From an uncultured Bacilli bacterium (GTDB taxonomy: Bacteria; Bacillota_I; Bacilli_A; RF39; UBA660), in assembly GCA_947628895.1 (NCBI GenBank), contig CANRBS010000003.1, positions 1,325-65,324 of the forward strand: a stretch of DNA of 64,000 bases, written 5' to 3'. The translations under genes and the position numbers were made by a program. Below are positions 1 to 10,179 of the stretch, one piece after another. The notes under the pieces are model-generated. The model was given only the letters and a program-made list of their open reading frames with translations. It made no database searches and was not told where the DNA came from. Positions within the stretch are counted from its first letter, which is position 1; every line of letters begins with the position of its first letter.

Positions 1-960
1 TTTAGCATAATAGTCTATATCAACATCAAATAGATTTTCTATAGTTTGAACTGCACAACTAGAAGAACTACCCCAAGTAGTAGTATTAATTCTTCTATAA
101 AGTCCATTTGAACATGCTGTTTTTAAATACATATCTCTTGGTACTGATGTTAGTGTTGCTCTTAGAGTACTTGGATTAAATGTTACAAGTAATAATACAT
201 CTGCATTATATCCAGAAGTAACACCATCATTAGATGAATCAACACCTATAAACAACATACTAAATGGTTTATTTAAAGATGAATTTTCACTCTTAATTTC
301 TTCATCTGTACTTTCATATTCTTTTTCATATTTATATAAAACAACGGTTTCTTCTTCTATATCTTCAAATCCATCCATAGAATAAAACATATCTACATAA
401 TTAGAACTAAAGAATCCTGCATCAACTTCCTTATTCTTAAGAGCATATAATAATTCCATAGTTGATTCATATTTAACAATTTTATTATTTTCTTCTAACT
501 TTAATTTATCAATTGCTTCAAGTGGTAATATATTTCCTTCTATATCATTTTTATCATCTACAATACCAATCTTTTTATCTTTTAAATCTTTTTCACTCTT
601 TAATGTTTTATCGTAACTAACTAAAGATGAATGATACATATTTTCATTACTACTATATTCATTAATAGTTTTATATATTTTATTTAAATAATAAGCTCCT
701 ACAAATAAAATTGCTGATATTAATATTGAAAGTATAGCAGGAATAATAAATGAAATCATTTTTTTCTTACTTATACTTCTAAGTAATAAATATGAAAAAA
801 ATAGAAGTAAATAAACTAAAATGATAAGTCCAAATATTCTATAAAATGTTTCTACTCCTTTATATAATATTAATGAATATCCCATAAATAAAGTAGCTAC
901 TAATTCTAATATCATTAATATTATAGAAAGTATGCATTTTACTATTCTTTTCTTTTTCAT
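1..960 (-). CDS. LCP (LytR-CpsA-Psr) family cell-wall glycopolymer ligase, N-terminal ~320 codons; gene runs off the left edge
   Basis: Not in the ORF track because it is open-ended. The minus-strand frame from ATG (958-960) is stop-free to position 1. My translation gives MKKKRIVKCILSIILM... (TM segments), then ...GYNADVLLLVTFNPSTLRATLTSVPRDMYLK..., the LCP signature block. Confidence 0.8.
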   Translation of the reverse strand, partial: MKKKRIVKCILSIILMILELVATLFMGYSLILYKGVETFYRIFGLIILVYLLLFFSYLLLRSISKKKMISFIIPAILSILISAILFVGAYYLNKIYKTINEYSSNENMYHSSLVSYDKTLKSEKDLKDKKIGIVDDKNDIEGNILPLEAIDKLKLEENNKIVKYESTMELLYALKNKEVDAGFFSSNYVDMFYSMDGFEDIEEETVVLYKYEKEYESTDEEIKSENSSLNKPFSMLFIGVDSSNDGVTSGYNADVLLLVTFNPSTLRATLTSVPRDMYLKTACSNGLYRRINTTTWGSSSSCAVQTIENLFDVDIDYYAK

Positions 961-973
961 TTAAATCATCCTT

Positions 974-2557
974 CTATTTTATTTCTTTATCTTTTTTCTT
1001 CTTTTCTTTTTTATCTTTCTTTTTATCTTTTTTAGATTCTTTTATTTCTTCTTGTTCTTCTTTTTTAGTTTCAACTTTTTCTTCTTTCTTTAATTCTTCA
1101 CTTATAGATTTTTCAACTTTAACATTATCTTTAATATTTATCTCTTTTTCTATTTTATCACTTTTTTCTTCTTTTTTAACATTTTTTGTTTCTTTTTCTT
1201 CTTTTTTAATTTTTTCTTCTTTTTTATTTTGATTTTCTAATTCTTTTAATTTCTTTTTTCTTTTCTTATTTTTCCCTAGTTTACTAATTAATATACATAT
1301 TAATATAAATATAATTAATACACTTTCTGCTCCTAGAAATAAAATTAATTTTTTATATTCTTCTAATTCATTTTTATAACTTTCCGTATCTTCATCAGTA
1401 TATCTAATCATTGTATTAGTTTTACTATCATATGTATAATAATCATCTTTTCCAGTTGATAAATCTTTAGCATGTATAATTGAATAATCACTATTATCTA
1501 ATTTTAATGAATCAAATTCTACAGTACCTATAGTTGTTTTACTAGGTTTATAATCTTCACTAAATTTTTTATCTATTTTAAGTGGATAAATTTTAAATTC
1601 ATTAAGTTTAACTTCGTTATAATAACTATAACTATTTGTATTTTTATCATATAAGAAATATTCAAGTTCACCTTCACTATTTTTAAGACCTACTAATGTA
1701 AAATCATTTGTTTTATTATAAAAAACTGGTATTTTTTGATCATTAATTGTAGTCGTTGTTCTTTCAAAATCTTCTACATCTTCAAGTATACTTTCTCTTT
1801 TTACAACAGTATATTTTTGATTATTTATATTTACTTCTATTGGATTTGGATCTATTACATTAACTATTATTGTATATGTTTTAGTACTACCATTTTGTGC
1901 TGTGACTGTAATATTAAATTTATTTTCACCTTCATATACGGATTTTTTACCAGTTCCAGACACTTTTGATTTAGAATCTTCTACACTAGCTTTAATATTA
2001 ACACTAGTTGTATTTGAATCAGCTTCTACTTTATAACTTGTAGTATCTTTATTAAAAGCAGGATCTAATTTTAATCCATCAACTGATAAACTTTTTAAAT
2101 TATTATTTTTAGAATATGATGCTTCTAATTCTTTTTGAGTAATAACTTTTACTGTTTTACTTCCTTTTGAAATTGATAATTTTTTTTCGTCCCAATCATA
2201 AGCACCATAACTTTTTACAGTAATGGTTCCACTTCCTGTACCTATTGCTTTAAATTCATATGAATAACTTTTTGATTTAACATTTCCATTATCTGCCCAA
2301 GCTGCTACTGGAGTTTTACCTGATACTAGTTTAAATTTACTTGTATCATAACTTGGAGTAAATTCCCATGAACCAAGAGCAGTAGATGATGAAATTTTAA
2401 TTGTTACTGTAAATGTTTTACCTACTACTATTTGATTATTACTTAAAGAGGTAGATATGCTAATAGAAGCAGAAGCTGCTTTTAAATAATTAATGTTACT
2501 AAATGCTAACAAAGCACTAATAATAGTAATACTTAAATATTTTAATACTCTTTTCAT
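974..2557 (-). CDS. Membrane-anchored surface protein: signal peptide, cohesin-like domain, cadherin-like beta-sandwich domain, TM helix, Lys/Glu-rich tail
   Basis: 527-aa ORF. Signal peptide MKRVLKYLSITIISALLAFSNINYLKA. Cohesin-like pattern ...VGKTFTVTIKISSSTALGSWEFTPSYDTSKFKLVSG.... Cadherin-like module NNNLKSLSVDGLKLDPAFNKDTTSYKV...TYTIIVNV. TM helix LILFLGAESVLIIFILICILISKL, then ~100 aa of K/E-rich low complexity. Confidence 0.7.
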   Translation of the reverse strand: MKRVLKYLSITIISALLAFSNINYLKAASASISISTSLSNNQIVVGKTFTVTIKISSSTALGSWEFTPSYDTSKFKLVSGKTPVAAWADNGNVKSKSYSYEFKAIGTGSGTITVKSYGAYDWDEKKLSISKGSKTVKVITQKELEASYSKNNNLKSLSVDGLKLDPAFNKDTTSYKVEADSNTTSVNIKASVEDSKSKVSGTGKKSVYEGENKFNITVTAQNGSTKTYTIIVNVIDPNPIEVNINNQKYTVVKRESILEDVEDFERTTTTINDQKIPVFYNKTNDFTLVGLKNSEGELEYFLYDKNTNSYSYYNEVKLNEFKIYPLKIDKKFSEDYKPSKTTIGTVEFDSLKLDNSDYSIIHAKDLSTGKDDYYTYDSKTNTMIRYTDEDTESYKNELEEYKKLILFLGAESVLIIFILICILISKLGKNKKRKKKLKELENQNKKEEKIKKEEKETKNVKKEEKSDKIEKEINIKDNVKVEKSISEELKKEEKVETKKEEQEEIKESKKDKKKDKKEKKKKDKEIK

Positions 2558-2568
2558 TCTTTTTCCTC

Positions 2569-4740
2569 CTATAAAGGTTTTCCTTCTACTATATGTTTTT
2601 GTACTTGTAATAAGTCTAATATAGTAATACTATTATCATTTGAAGTATCCCCTGCAATAAAGTTTGCACCTGATAATTTACCAGCACCAATAATATATTT
2701 TTGCATTTGTAATAAATCTAATATTGTAGCTTCTCCATCACCAGATGTATCTCCACTAACAACTACTGTAAATGTTTTTGTTTCAAGAGCAGTAGTCATT
2801 GTAAGTGTACTATTAGTAGTAAGTTTACTATTATCACTCATTAATGCTCCACTTGAATTTTTAATTACTGAACTTTTTGATCCAGTTGATTCAATTTGTT
2901 TTTCAAATGAAGATAAATTATTACTACTTACTTTTATATAATTTCCATTAACATTTAAATTAGCTGATTTTAATACATCTTCAGCTGGTGTATTATCATT
3001 AACTCTTCTAATTGAAATTATATATTTTTTTTCATCTCCTGTTTCAGCTGTAACAGTTATTGTAATGTCAGTATCATCATTAATTAATTCTATTTCTCCA
3101 CTTCCAGTAACTGTAGCTTTAGAGCTTTCTGCAGAGGCATTAATTTTTAATTTGTTTACAATAGCTGGAATCCATACCTCATATGTAAGTACATCTTTAT
3201 CAAATACTGGTGTAATACTATAACCATCTATACTTAATGATTTTAAATTATTATTTTTATCACCTGAATTTGGAAGGGAAGTATATTCTGGCATATTATT
3301 ATAAACAGGTATTTCAAATATAAATACATTATTTAATAAATTAGCTTTATTATATGAATTATATGATTTATTACCTTCTGTTGCTGGAGCTTGAATATTA
3401 GTCATATATTGATGTGTATAACTATCAAAGTAAGCATCAGGAGATACATTAAATTTTTGATAATATAATGTTCCTTGTCCTTTATTTACATATCCATTTG
3501 CAAGAAAACGACTTCCTTCAGTAATAGCAGTTTGTATATTATTCCAAAGGCTTCTATTTTTATCATCATCTACAAGTTTAGCTGCATAAGCAAGTCCTCT
3601 TGTAATTGCTGAAACTCCATCTGTTTGATAAGCACCAATATTGAAGAAGTTATAATACCCACTGTATTTCTTACCTTTCCAAGTAAATTCAGTTCCATTA
3701 GTTGAATCACTACCATTAGCAGTTACTTCTTGTACAATTCTACTTGCTATATGTACAGGACTTATTTTATTAGTTTTACCTGCATTAACCATTGGTACTG
3801 TGTATTTTTCATCAGCAAGCTTTCCTCCTGCAAAAATTGATTTTACTAAATCTAAATATTGATTTTCAAGAGAAGCATCATAATCTAGTTTTTCAAACAT
3901 AAATATTCTCTCTTCAGTTAAGAAGTTTCTTGGATCTAAGTAAAATGCAATTACACCACTATTTACTTTAAACCAACTAGAACCTTCAGCTGGTGTTTTA
4001 GAAGTTCTATAGTTATCATTAGTAGTTTGCATATAGTTTTTTCCTTCTTCACTACTAACAGCAGTAGCAAAGTTTTTATTCAAAATCTTTGGAGTGAAAG
4101 TCCATGATGGATATTTTTTATGTAAATAAGTTAAATAAGGTATATATGAATCAGGAAATCCTGCAGATTTTAATGTTTTTGCATATTCTTCATCAGTAGC
4201 AGTTATATCAGTTTTAGAAGTAACATAACTAGAACAAATATAACCTTTTTTATCTCCATAATATTGAATTTGATACCATGTATTAGAAGAACAACCAGAA
4301 TTTTTAGAAGTTGTTGTATTCATAATTCTAACATTAGCACCAAGTGTTAGTGTATCTAAAGATTTAGCACTAGTAGTTGGTGTTTGTCTTACAGATACAT
4401 TATTTGCATTAACTCTTGAAGTCCAATCTATTACATTAATTCCTGAATAACTATTGTTTACGAATTTTACATATTTACTACAAACATAACCAGTTTTATT
4501 TTTATATATTATTTTTAACCATTTAGTATCACATCCATTACCTTCAATAAGTGTTTTATCAACTACACTAATTGAAGTATTATAGTTAACTGTATAAAGT
4601 ATTGTACCATCAGTAGTAGCTTTATCTCTAATTCTAACACTACTACCATCAATAACAGCATCATAATTGGCTTTTACAATAAAAGGAATACAAAAGAAAA
4701 ATAATGTAAATAATAATTTTGAGAAACTATTTTTTTTCAT
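2569..4740 (-). CDS. Secreted peptidoglycan hydrolase: 2x SH3b, glucosaminidase-like domain, cadherin-like module, C-terminal type I dockerin
   Basis: The track starts at GTG 4755, but AAAGGAG lies 5 nt upstream of ATG 4738-4740 (MKKNSFSKLLF..., signal peptide), so I start there. SH3b-like repeats (...TKWLKIIYKNKTGYVCSKYV and ...NTWYQIQYYGDKKGYICSSYV). Glucosaminidase-like block SPVHIASRIVQEV...YYNFFNIGAY. Cadherin-like NNNLKSLSIDGYSITPVFDKDVLTYEV. Two Ca-binding dockerin repeats GDTSGDGEATILDLL and GDTSNDNSITILDLL. Confidence 0.7.
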   Translation of the reverse strand: MKKNSFSKLLFTLFFFCIPFIVKANYDAVIDGSSVRIRDKATTDGTILYTVNYNTSISVVDKTLIEGNGCDTKWLKIIYKNKTGYVCSKYVKFVNNSYSGINVIDWTSRVNANNVSVRQTPTTSAKSLDTLTLGANVRIMNTTTSKNSGCSSNTWYQIQYYGDKKGYICSSYVTSKTDITATDEEYAKTLKSAGFPDSYIPYLTYLHKKYPSWTFTPKILNKNFATAVSSEEGKNYMQTTNDNYRTSKTPAEGSSWFKVNSGVIAFYLDPRNFLTEERIFMFEKLDYDASLENQYLDLVKSIFAGGKLADEKYTVPMVNAGKTNKISPVHIASRIVQEVTANGSDSTNGTEFTWKGKKYSGYYNFFNIGAYQTDGVSAITRGLAYAAKLVDDDKNRSLWNNIQTAITEGSRFLANGYVNKGQGTLYYQKFNVSPDAYFDSYTHQYMTNIQAPATEGNKSYNSYNKANLLNNVFIFEIPVYNNMPEYTSLPNSGDKNNNLKSLSIDGYSITPVFDKDVLTYEVWIPAIVNKLKINASAESSKATVTGSGEIELINDDTDITITVTAETGDEKKYIISIRRVNDNTPAEDVLKSANLNVNGNYIKVSSNNLSSFEKQIESTGSKSSVIKNSSGALMSDNSKLTTNSTLTMTTALETKTFTVVVSGDTSGDGEATILDLLQMQKYIIGAGKLSGANFIAGDTSNDNSITILDLLQVQKHIVEGKPL

Positions 4741-4894
4741 ATATGCTCCTTTCACTTATTTATACTATAGTAATTATAGCAAAAAGTGACAAATATTTCA
4801 TTATTAATTATTCTACTTTACATAGTTTACAACATAAATATTATATGGAAAAAATCGTAAAATTAGTTTATAATAATTTTTAGGAGTGGTAAGT

Positions 4895-5956
4895 ATGGAT
4901 TTTAATGTAAATGGTCATAACATTTTTATAATAGTTAGTGTATCATTTTTAGCTTCATTAATATTTGTTTATTTAATGAAAAAAGTCGCTATATTTTTAA
5001 ATATAGTAGATAAACCAGATAAAGTAAGAAAGATGCAAACAAAACCTGTTCCACTACTTGGTGGTCTTGGAATATTCTTTTCATTTTTACTTGGTTATAT
5101 GCTGTTTGCTCCTAAAAATGATTTAATGATTTCAATATTAATATCATCATTTCTAATAATGTTACTTGGACTTTTTGATGATATGACTAAAAACGATAAT
5201 CCAATGCCTAATAAATATAAAGTTATAGTTCAAGTAATTTCTGCTATGATTATTGTATTTTATGGAGGACTTGAATTAAATAAAGCTAATTTATTTGGTA
5301 TAACAATAAATTTTGGATTCTTTGCTCCATTTTTAACAATTCTAATAATAGTTGCTATTATAAATGCTATTAATTTAATAGATGGACTTGATGGTCTTTG
5401 TGCTGGTATATCTTCAATATATTTTTTAACAATTGCAATACTTGGATTTATTTTAAATAAGTTTGGTGGTTTAGATATTATATTAAGTTTAATAATGCTT
5501 GGTAGTACACTTGGATATTTAGTGCACAATTTCCCACCTGCTAAAATATATCAGGGAGATGCAGGAAGTACATTCTTAGGACTTATGATATCTGTTATAT
5601 TCTTACTTGGATTTAAAACTACAACCTTAACTTCATTAATAATTCCATGTTTAATCCTCGCAATACCAATATTAGATACATTATTTGCAATACTTAGAAG
5701 AAAATTAAAAGGACAAAAAATAGATCATGCTGATAAAGAACACATACATCATCAATTATTAAAAAAATTTGGTAAAAGAAGTACATTATTATTAATATAT
5801 GCAATTAACTTATTATTCTCAATTACAACTATTTTCTATACACTAGGGGATAGTACAGAATTAATATTCTGTTATGTAATACTTGTATTTATAGTTTTAT
5901 ATTTAATACTTAAAACAGATGTAATATTTGATAGAAGTTATAAAAGAAAAAAATAG
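4895..5956 (+). CDS. tagO: Undecaprenyl-phosphate N-acetylhexosamine-1-phosphate transferase (GT4 MraY/WecA/TagO family)
   Basis: Polytopic membrane protein with the ...NAINLIDGLDGL... and ...GDAGSTFLG... motifs. AGGAG (4882-4886) lies 8 nt upstream of ATG 4895; the track start is the in-frame GTG 4886. Confidence 0.85.
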   Translation: MDFNVNGHNIFIIVSVSFLASLIFVYLMKKVAIFLNIVDKPDKVRKMQTKPVPLLGGLGIFFSFLLGYMLFAPKNDLMISILISSFLIMLLGLFDDMTKNDNPMPNKYKVIVQVISAMIIVFYGGLELNKANLFGITINFGFFAPFLTILIIVAIINAINLIDGLDGLCAGISSIYFLTIAILGFILNKFGGLDIILSLIMLGSTLGYLVHNFPPAKIYQGDAGSTFLGLMISVIFLLGFKTTTLTSLIIPCLILAIPILDTLFAILRRKLKGQKIDHADKEHIHHQLLKKFGKRSTLLLIYAINLLFSITTIFYTLGDSTELIFCYVILVFIVLYLILKTDVIFDRSYKRKK

Positions 5957-5982
5957 GAGTTTATTCATTTAAACTCCTTTTT
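5957..5982 (+). terminator. Rho-independent terminator after tagO-like gene
   Basis: GGAGTTT (5957-5963) pairs with AAACTCC (5971-5977), followed by TTTTT. Confidence 0.6.
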
Positions 5983-6036
5983 AAATTAACTAATAAATTA
6001 AAAATAACGTTATCATAATAACAAAATCTTAAAATA

Positions 6037-6582
6037 TTAATAATTTAATGTTTTTACAAGTTTTTGTCCTAAAAGTGGTTTTGCAAATTGTTCTTCAAAA
6101 CATAAAATGCTACTTTTATATCTAGAATAAGCTTTATCGTAATTTCCATTTTCTATTTGTGTAACACAATAATCTACAACATTATCATAAATATAATCAT
6201 AAATAAGATTACTTTTTTCTTCTTTATTTATAGCTTCAACTATTGTTGGTGCAATTTTATAATAGTGTTCTATATCTTCTTTTGATACAAAATTATCTCT
6301 AAACCATCTCAATACTGTTAGTTCATAACAATTATCATAAAAGTTTTCTTTAAAAGCCTTCATGCATGCTGTAGTTAAATAACATTTTGTATCAGTATGT
6401 TCTGTTTTTCCATTTGTTGTATCAATTATATGTGCAGTTTTTTTTGAACTATCTACTGCTATATGAATTGATTTATGATCTCCTTTAGGATCTGAAGTGT
6501 ATACATCAATTTTTGTGTCATATTTACCACTTCTTGGTGTTGATGCTTTAATTATTGGCTTTTCATCTTTCATTTTTATCAC
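6037..6582 (-). CDS. Hypothetical cytoplasmic protein with Cys-containing helical C-terminal module
   Basis: 181-aa ORF. The C-terminal half reads ...KCYLTTACMKAF...DNCYELTVLRWFRDNFV...YYKIAPTIVEAI.... I believe this recurs in Firmicutes hypothetical proteins but cannot name the family. Overlaps the upstream ORF by 20 nt. Confidence 0.55.
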   Translation of the reverse strand: MIKMKDEKPIIKASTPRSGKYDTKIDVYTSDPKGDHKSIHIAVDSSKKTAHIIDTTNGKTEHTDTKCYLTTACMKAFKENFYDNCYELTVLRWFRDNFVSKEDIEHYYKIAPTIVEAINKEEKSNLIYDYIYDNVVDYCVTQIENGNYDKAYSRYKSSILCFEEQFAKPLLGQKLVKTLNY

Positions 6583-6925
6583 CTTCTTTCATTAAACTAA
6601 CTAAAAACTCACCAATTTGATATATTGAATAAGATATACCATTCATATGAAATTTATCTTCATAATCTGCCAAACATAATTCTAATTCTGAAATAATAGA
6701 TTCTATTTCTTTATATTTATCTATAATTAAAACATAATTTTTATCATTATATTTTTTTTTCCAAGATTTTATTTCCATATATACGCTATTTAAATAATTA
6801 ATTATCTCTTTTTTAGTAAGTTCTATGTATTTTTTATCTTCTAAAAAGTCGGATTCTTTTATATCTTTCTCTAAATTAATAAGAATAAAATTTAAATTGG
6901 ATAAAAATTCTTTACTTTTTTTCAT
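6563..6925 (-). CDS. Hypothetical protein
   Basis: 120-aa ORF, co-directional with and overlapping the next gene. No recognisable motif. Confidence 0.5.
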   Translation of the reverse strand: MKKSKEFLSNLNFILINLEKDIKESDFLEDKKYIELTKKEIINYLNSVYMEIKSWKKKYNDKNYVLIIDKYKEIESIISELELCLADYEDKFHMNGISYSIYQIGEFLVSLMKEGDKNER

Positions 6926-6999
6926 AATTATCCTTTCTTAATAAAATTATATACTATTTCTTTTAAAAAAACAATAATTTATTCTTATATTATTCTTAT

Positions 7000-7031
7000 A
7001 TAAAAAAGAACTAAATAATCTTATTTAGTTC
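7000..7031 (-). terminator. Rho-independent terminator after the ltaS / 205-aa gene pair
   Basis: GAACTAAATAA (7008-7018) pairs with TTATTTAGTTC (7021-7031). On the minus strand the hairpin is followed by TTTTTTA. Confidence 0.6.
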
Positions 7032-7040
7032 CAATAGAAG

Positions 7041-7658
7041 CTATTTTTCACCTTTAACTATATATAATATATTATTATCATTTATAACAGTTAATTTAAT
7101 ACTATTCTGATATCCTAAATCTTTTTCATATTCAATAGATACCGTTACTAAATATGCAGAATATTCTTTTCCTTCATAAGTATATTTAGTTTCAAACACA
7201 TTATCAACAATTGCTTTACTAACTATAGGAAGTTCTTGATTTCTTTTACCATCAATATTACTAAGTACATTTTTATATAATGAAGAACCCATATTTTCTC
7301 TAAAGTTCTCTTTAAAATCTTTATGTAAGAATTCAAGACCACCTATATCAGTACTAGCAAGCTTATTATCAAGTGTAAAAACATCTATTACAAATAGTTG
7401 TGATATAAGTTTAGCATATTCTTCATAATTAATTTCATCTGCATTTAAAACATCTTTTAATTCATTAAATGTATCTTTATAAACTTCTGTATCATTTTTA
7501 CTTAATGTATATCCATATAAATCTAATGATACTAATTTTTTATTAGAAGTTGGATTGTTAAAAAAATCTTTATAAACTCTAAAAGCTAAAAATCCAAATA
7601 ATAATACTCCAATTACAATAAATATAATAATTATTTTTAAATCACTTTTCTTATTCAT
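7041..7658 (-). CDS. N-terminally membrane-anchored protein, unknown function
   Basis: 205-aa ORF with one N-terminal TM (IIIIFIVIGVLLFGFLAF). An 8-nt overlap with the ltaS stop suggests translational coupling. Confidence 0.6.
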   Translation of the reverse strand: MNKKSDLKIIIIFIVIGVLLFGFLAFRVYKDFFNNPTSNKKLVSLDLYGYTLSKNDTEVYKDTFNELKDVLNADEINYEEYAKLISQLFVIDVFTLDNKLASTDIGGLEFLHKDFKENFRENMGSSLYKNVLSNIDGKRNQELPIVSKAIVDNVFETKYTYEGKEYSAYLVTVSIEYEKDLGYQNSIKLTVINDNNILYIVKGEK

Positions 7659-9642
7659 TTAAACACTCTCCTAATTTATCACTTTCTGTTTTAATTAAAT
7701 CATGTTCAACTATTTCATTAGATACTTCTAATATATTATTTGCATATTCTTTTAAATTATTAATATAATCACTACTAATAGGTTCATCTGTAAATGTTAT
7801 ATATTCATCATATAAATCACTATAATAAACTTTATCAGTAAGTACATTTCCATTTGGAAATACAACCAATCCTTCTTCGCTGCTAAATATATCTCTTCCA
7901 AGTGAAAACTTTTCATCAAATCCAAACATATTTGCAATAGTTGGAAGTACATCATACATTCCCATTACGGTAGTTATTTCTTTATTATATTTTTCATCAT
8001 TAGACCATATAATCAAAGGTGTATTTTTAAGTAAATCATAATTATAATTATCTAAACTATAATAGTTTTCATCACTCTCTTCTAATAGTGTATCATTAAC
8101 TGGATCATAATTATATAATAATTCAAAATCTTTTTTAGGAAGTCTTGCTTCATGATCACCATAGAATACAATAATTGTATTATCAAGTAAATTTTCATTT
8201 TTTAACTCTTCAAACAACTCACCAATTGCTTCATCAGCATAATGAGCAGATTTAATATAATAACCCATTTCAGTATCTTCTAAATATTCTCGCCTTCCAA
8301 TTAAAGTATCTCCATTTTCATCTTCATATTTATAACTCATTGTTAAATCAAAATCACCAAATTTTTCATTTTCTTTATATGGAGAATGATTAGAAAGAGT
8401 AATTATTGTTCCAAAATAAGGTGAATTATTAGTTTTAATATCTTTTAGTATTGGAATTATTTGCTTAAAGAATGATTTATCACTAAGTCCAAGTCCTATG
8501 TAATTATCACTGTCTTCATCTTCTGGAATAATAAAACTTTCTTTAGCATAGAATTTTTGATATCCAAGTCTTTTATACATATCCTCTCTATTCCAGTATG
8601 TTCTATCATTCGCATGCATACTAAATGTATAATAACCAAGATCATTAAAATAATTTGGCATTGCTTTATAAGTATTTTCATCATAATTTACAAATACAGT
8701 TCCATTAGTAGATGGCATAAGACCAGTTGTTAGTGTAAATTCTGAATCACTTGATGTACCAACACTTATTTGAGGATAAAATTTACTAAAATACATTCCT
8801 TCATGAGCAAGCTTATTTATATTAGGTATTACTTCTTGATTATTAATTTTTAAATCTACTAAAAAGTTTTGTATACTCTCTGCATGTATAAATAATACAT
8901 TTTTACCTTTAAATATATTAGTATATTCATTATCACTAGTATCTTTTTTACAAGAATAATAATTTCTAAATTCCATTGCTGCCTTATCATAACTACTTTC
9001 ATTCTTAATTAAATCATAGAATGTATATACATATAATCCATAGTTTTTAACAACATATTCTTTATTTCTAAAATTAGAAAATTTAACTTTATCATTTTGT
9101 GTAAAAGAAAAAGTCAATATTATTAAAATAATTAAAATTATCATAGACATTTTTTTAAATACTTCTTTAGTATTTGATAATTCTAAATTATTAAAATAAT
9201 TCTTTTTAATCAATATTTTTTTTATTAAAATAAATATAATTGGAAAAATTAAAAATATAAATTGATGTATCTTCATCTTAGCAAATAATGAATCATTTAC
9301 TTTACCTACCATTGATGTTGTAGCAAGTAAACTAACTGATATAAATGAATGATAAAATTCATAATAAATAAGATTTGCTATAGAAAGAATAGAAAAAAAA
9401 GTTATCCATATTAAATAATAATTATATCTTTTATTAGGCTTCATAAAAAATGCAAAAGATCCTATAAATAATGAAATTAAAGTATCAGAAAGTATAGCTT
9501 TTAAATCAACATAAAAACCTATTGTAAGAAATCTTAATAATAAACTTATTAATACACAAATAATTACAAAAGATGCAAATAGTTTGTTATTCTTTATAAA
9601 TTTATTTGTTCTTTTTAATATTTTATTGATACTTTCTTTCAT
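7651..9642 (-). CDS. ltaS: Lipoteichoic acid synthase family protein (LtaS-type sulfatase-fold phosphoglycerol transferase)
   Basis: 663 aa. N-terminal multi-TM region plus an extracellular domain with ...GLMPSTNGTVF..., ...TLSNHSPY... and ...VFYGDHEAR... blocks, typical of LtaS. Confidence 0.85.
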   Translation of the reverse strand: MKESINKILKRTNKFIKNNKLFASFVIICVLISLLLRFLTIGFYVDLKAILSDTLISLFIGSFAFFMKPNKRYNYYLIWITFFSILSIANLIYYEFYHSFISVSLLATTSMVGKVNDSLFAKMKIHQFIFLIFPIIFILIKKILIKKNYFNNLELSNTKEVFKKMSMIILIILIILTFSFTQNDKVKFSNFRNKEYVVKNYGLYVYTFYDLIKNESSYDKAAMEFRNYYSCKKDTSDNEYTNIFKGKNVLFIHAESIQNFLVDLKINNQEVIPNINKLAHEGMYFSKFYPQISVGTSSDSEFTLTTGLMPSTNGTVFVNYDENTYKAMPNYFNDLGYYTFSMHANDRTYWNREDMYKRLGYQKFYAKESFIIPEDEDSDNYIGLGLSDKSFFKQIIPILKDIKTNNSPYFGTIITLSNHSPYKENEKFGDFDLTMSYKYEDENGDTLIGRREYLEDTEMGYYIKSAHYADEAIGELFEELKNENLLDNTIIVFYGDHEARLPKKDFELLYNYDPVNDTLLEESDENYYSLDNYNYDLLKNTPLIIWSNDEKYNKEITTVMGMYDVLPTIANMFGFDEKFSLGRDIFSSEEGLVVFPNGNVLTDKVYYSDLYDEYITFTDEPISSDYINNLKEYANNILEVSNEIVEHDLIKTESDKLGECLNE

Positions 9643-9685
9643 AATATCCTCTAGAATATTATAGCATTATAGTATGTTTTTTTCA

Positions 9686-9711
9686 ATTAAAAAAAAGAGT
9701 GTTAACTCTTT
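9686..9711 (-). terminator. Rho-independent terminator closing the Tad-like gene string
   Basis: AAAGAGT (9694-9700) pairs with ACTCTTT (9705-9711) around a 4-nt loop. The minus strand continues with a T-run (the A-run at 9686-9693 on plus). Confidence 0.65.
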
Positions 9712-9732
9712 GTTTACTATTTAGTATTTAAA

Positions 9733-10101
9733 TTAATTATTAGCATCTTTTACTAATGCTTTACAATCTTTTCCAAATGGTCCAGTTATACATTCCATAC
9801 ATGATTTATATTCATCATGTCCTACCAAATTCATAACTACTGATACAATAACACCAATTAAGAATACAATAACAGCTGCAATTGCTCTTTTAACAAGTTT
9901 ATTTTGAGCTTCTTTTATTTTATCTTCACTCTTTTCAGTTACAGCTTTAGCCATATCCATCATACCAACAATAATTAATATAATTGGAACAGCAACCATA
10001 ATTCCCCAATATACAATTCCAACAAATTTTAATACTGGTGCTAAATCAGAACATAATGCTTCTCCACTTGTATAATCTAATAAATTTATTAAATTTAACA
10101 T
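9733..10101 (-). CDS. Small membrane protein, two predicted TM helices plus Cys-containing tail (last gene of Tad-like string)
   Basis: 122 aa. Hydrophobic helices VLKFVGIVYWGIMVAVPIILIIVGMM and AIAAVIVFLIGVIVSVVMNLV are separated by a charged loop. C-terminus reads ...YKSCMECITGPFGKDCK.... The two-helix layout resembles VirB2/TrbC-like pilins, but that is only a resemblance. Confidence 0.55.
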   Translation of the reverse strand: MLNLINLLDYTSGEALCSDLAPVLKFVGIVYWGIMVAVPIILIIVGMMDMAKAVTEKSEDKIKEAQNKLVKRAIAAVIVFLIGVIVSVVMNLVGHDEYKSCMECITGPFGKDCKALVKDANN

Positions 10102-10179
10102 TTTACACCCTCTCCTTCACTAATTAAATTTTATATAATTTATATTATTTTGTCAATAAAATTGTATGTTACTTTACAT

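Noticed and set aside
1736-1969. Short ORFs on the opposite strand, or in a different frame of the same strand, inside long genes. Includes 5260-5529, 8496-8684, 10166-10417, 11845-12104, 12193-12381, 18846-19046, 22344-23762, 24315-24575, 24955-25236, 28655-28949, 29265-29546, 30967-31236, 36061-36273, 50414-50608, 54160-54390, 55290-55622 and 59454-59687
   Set aside because: Each is fully nested in a longer ORF that has recognisable domains or paralogs. Their products are low-complexity (F/L/I/S/Y-rich) and no RBS was seen for them.
4753-4755. GTG start of the 728-aa ORF-track model
   Set aside because: The GTG is part of the sequence GTGAAAGGAG, which provides the RBS for the ATG 15 nt downstream. 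The signal peptide begins at that ATG.
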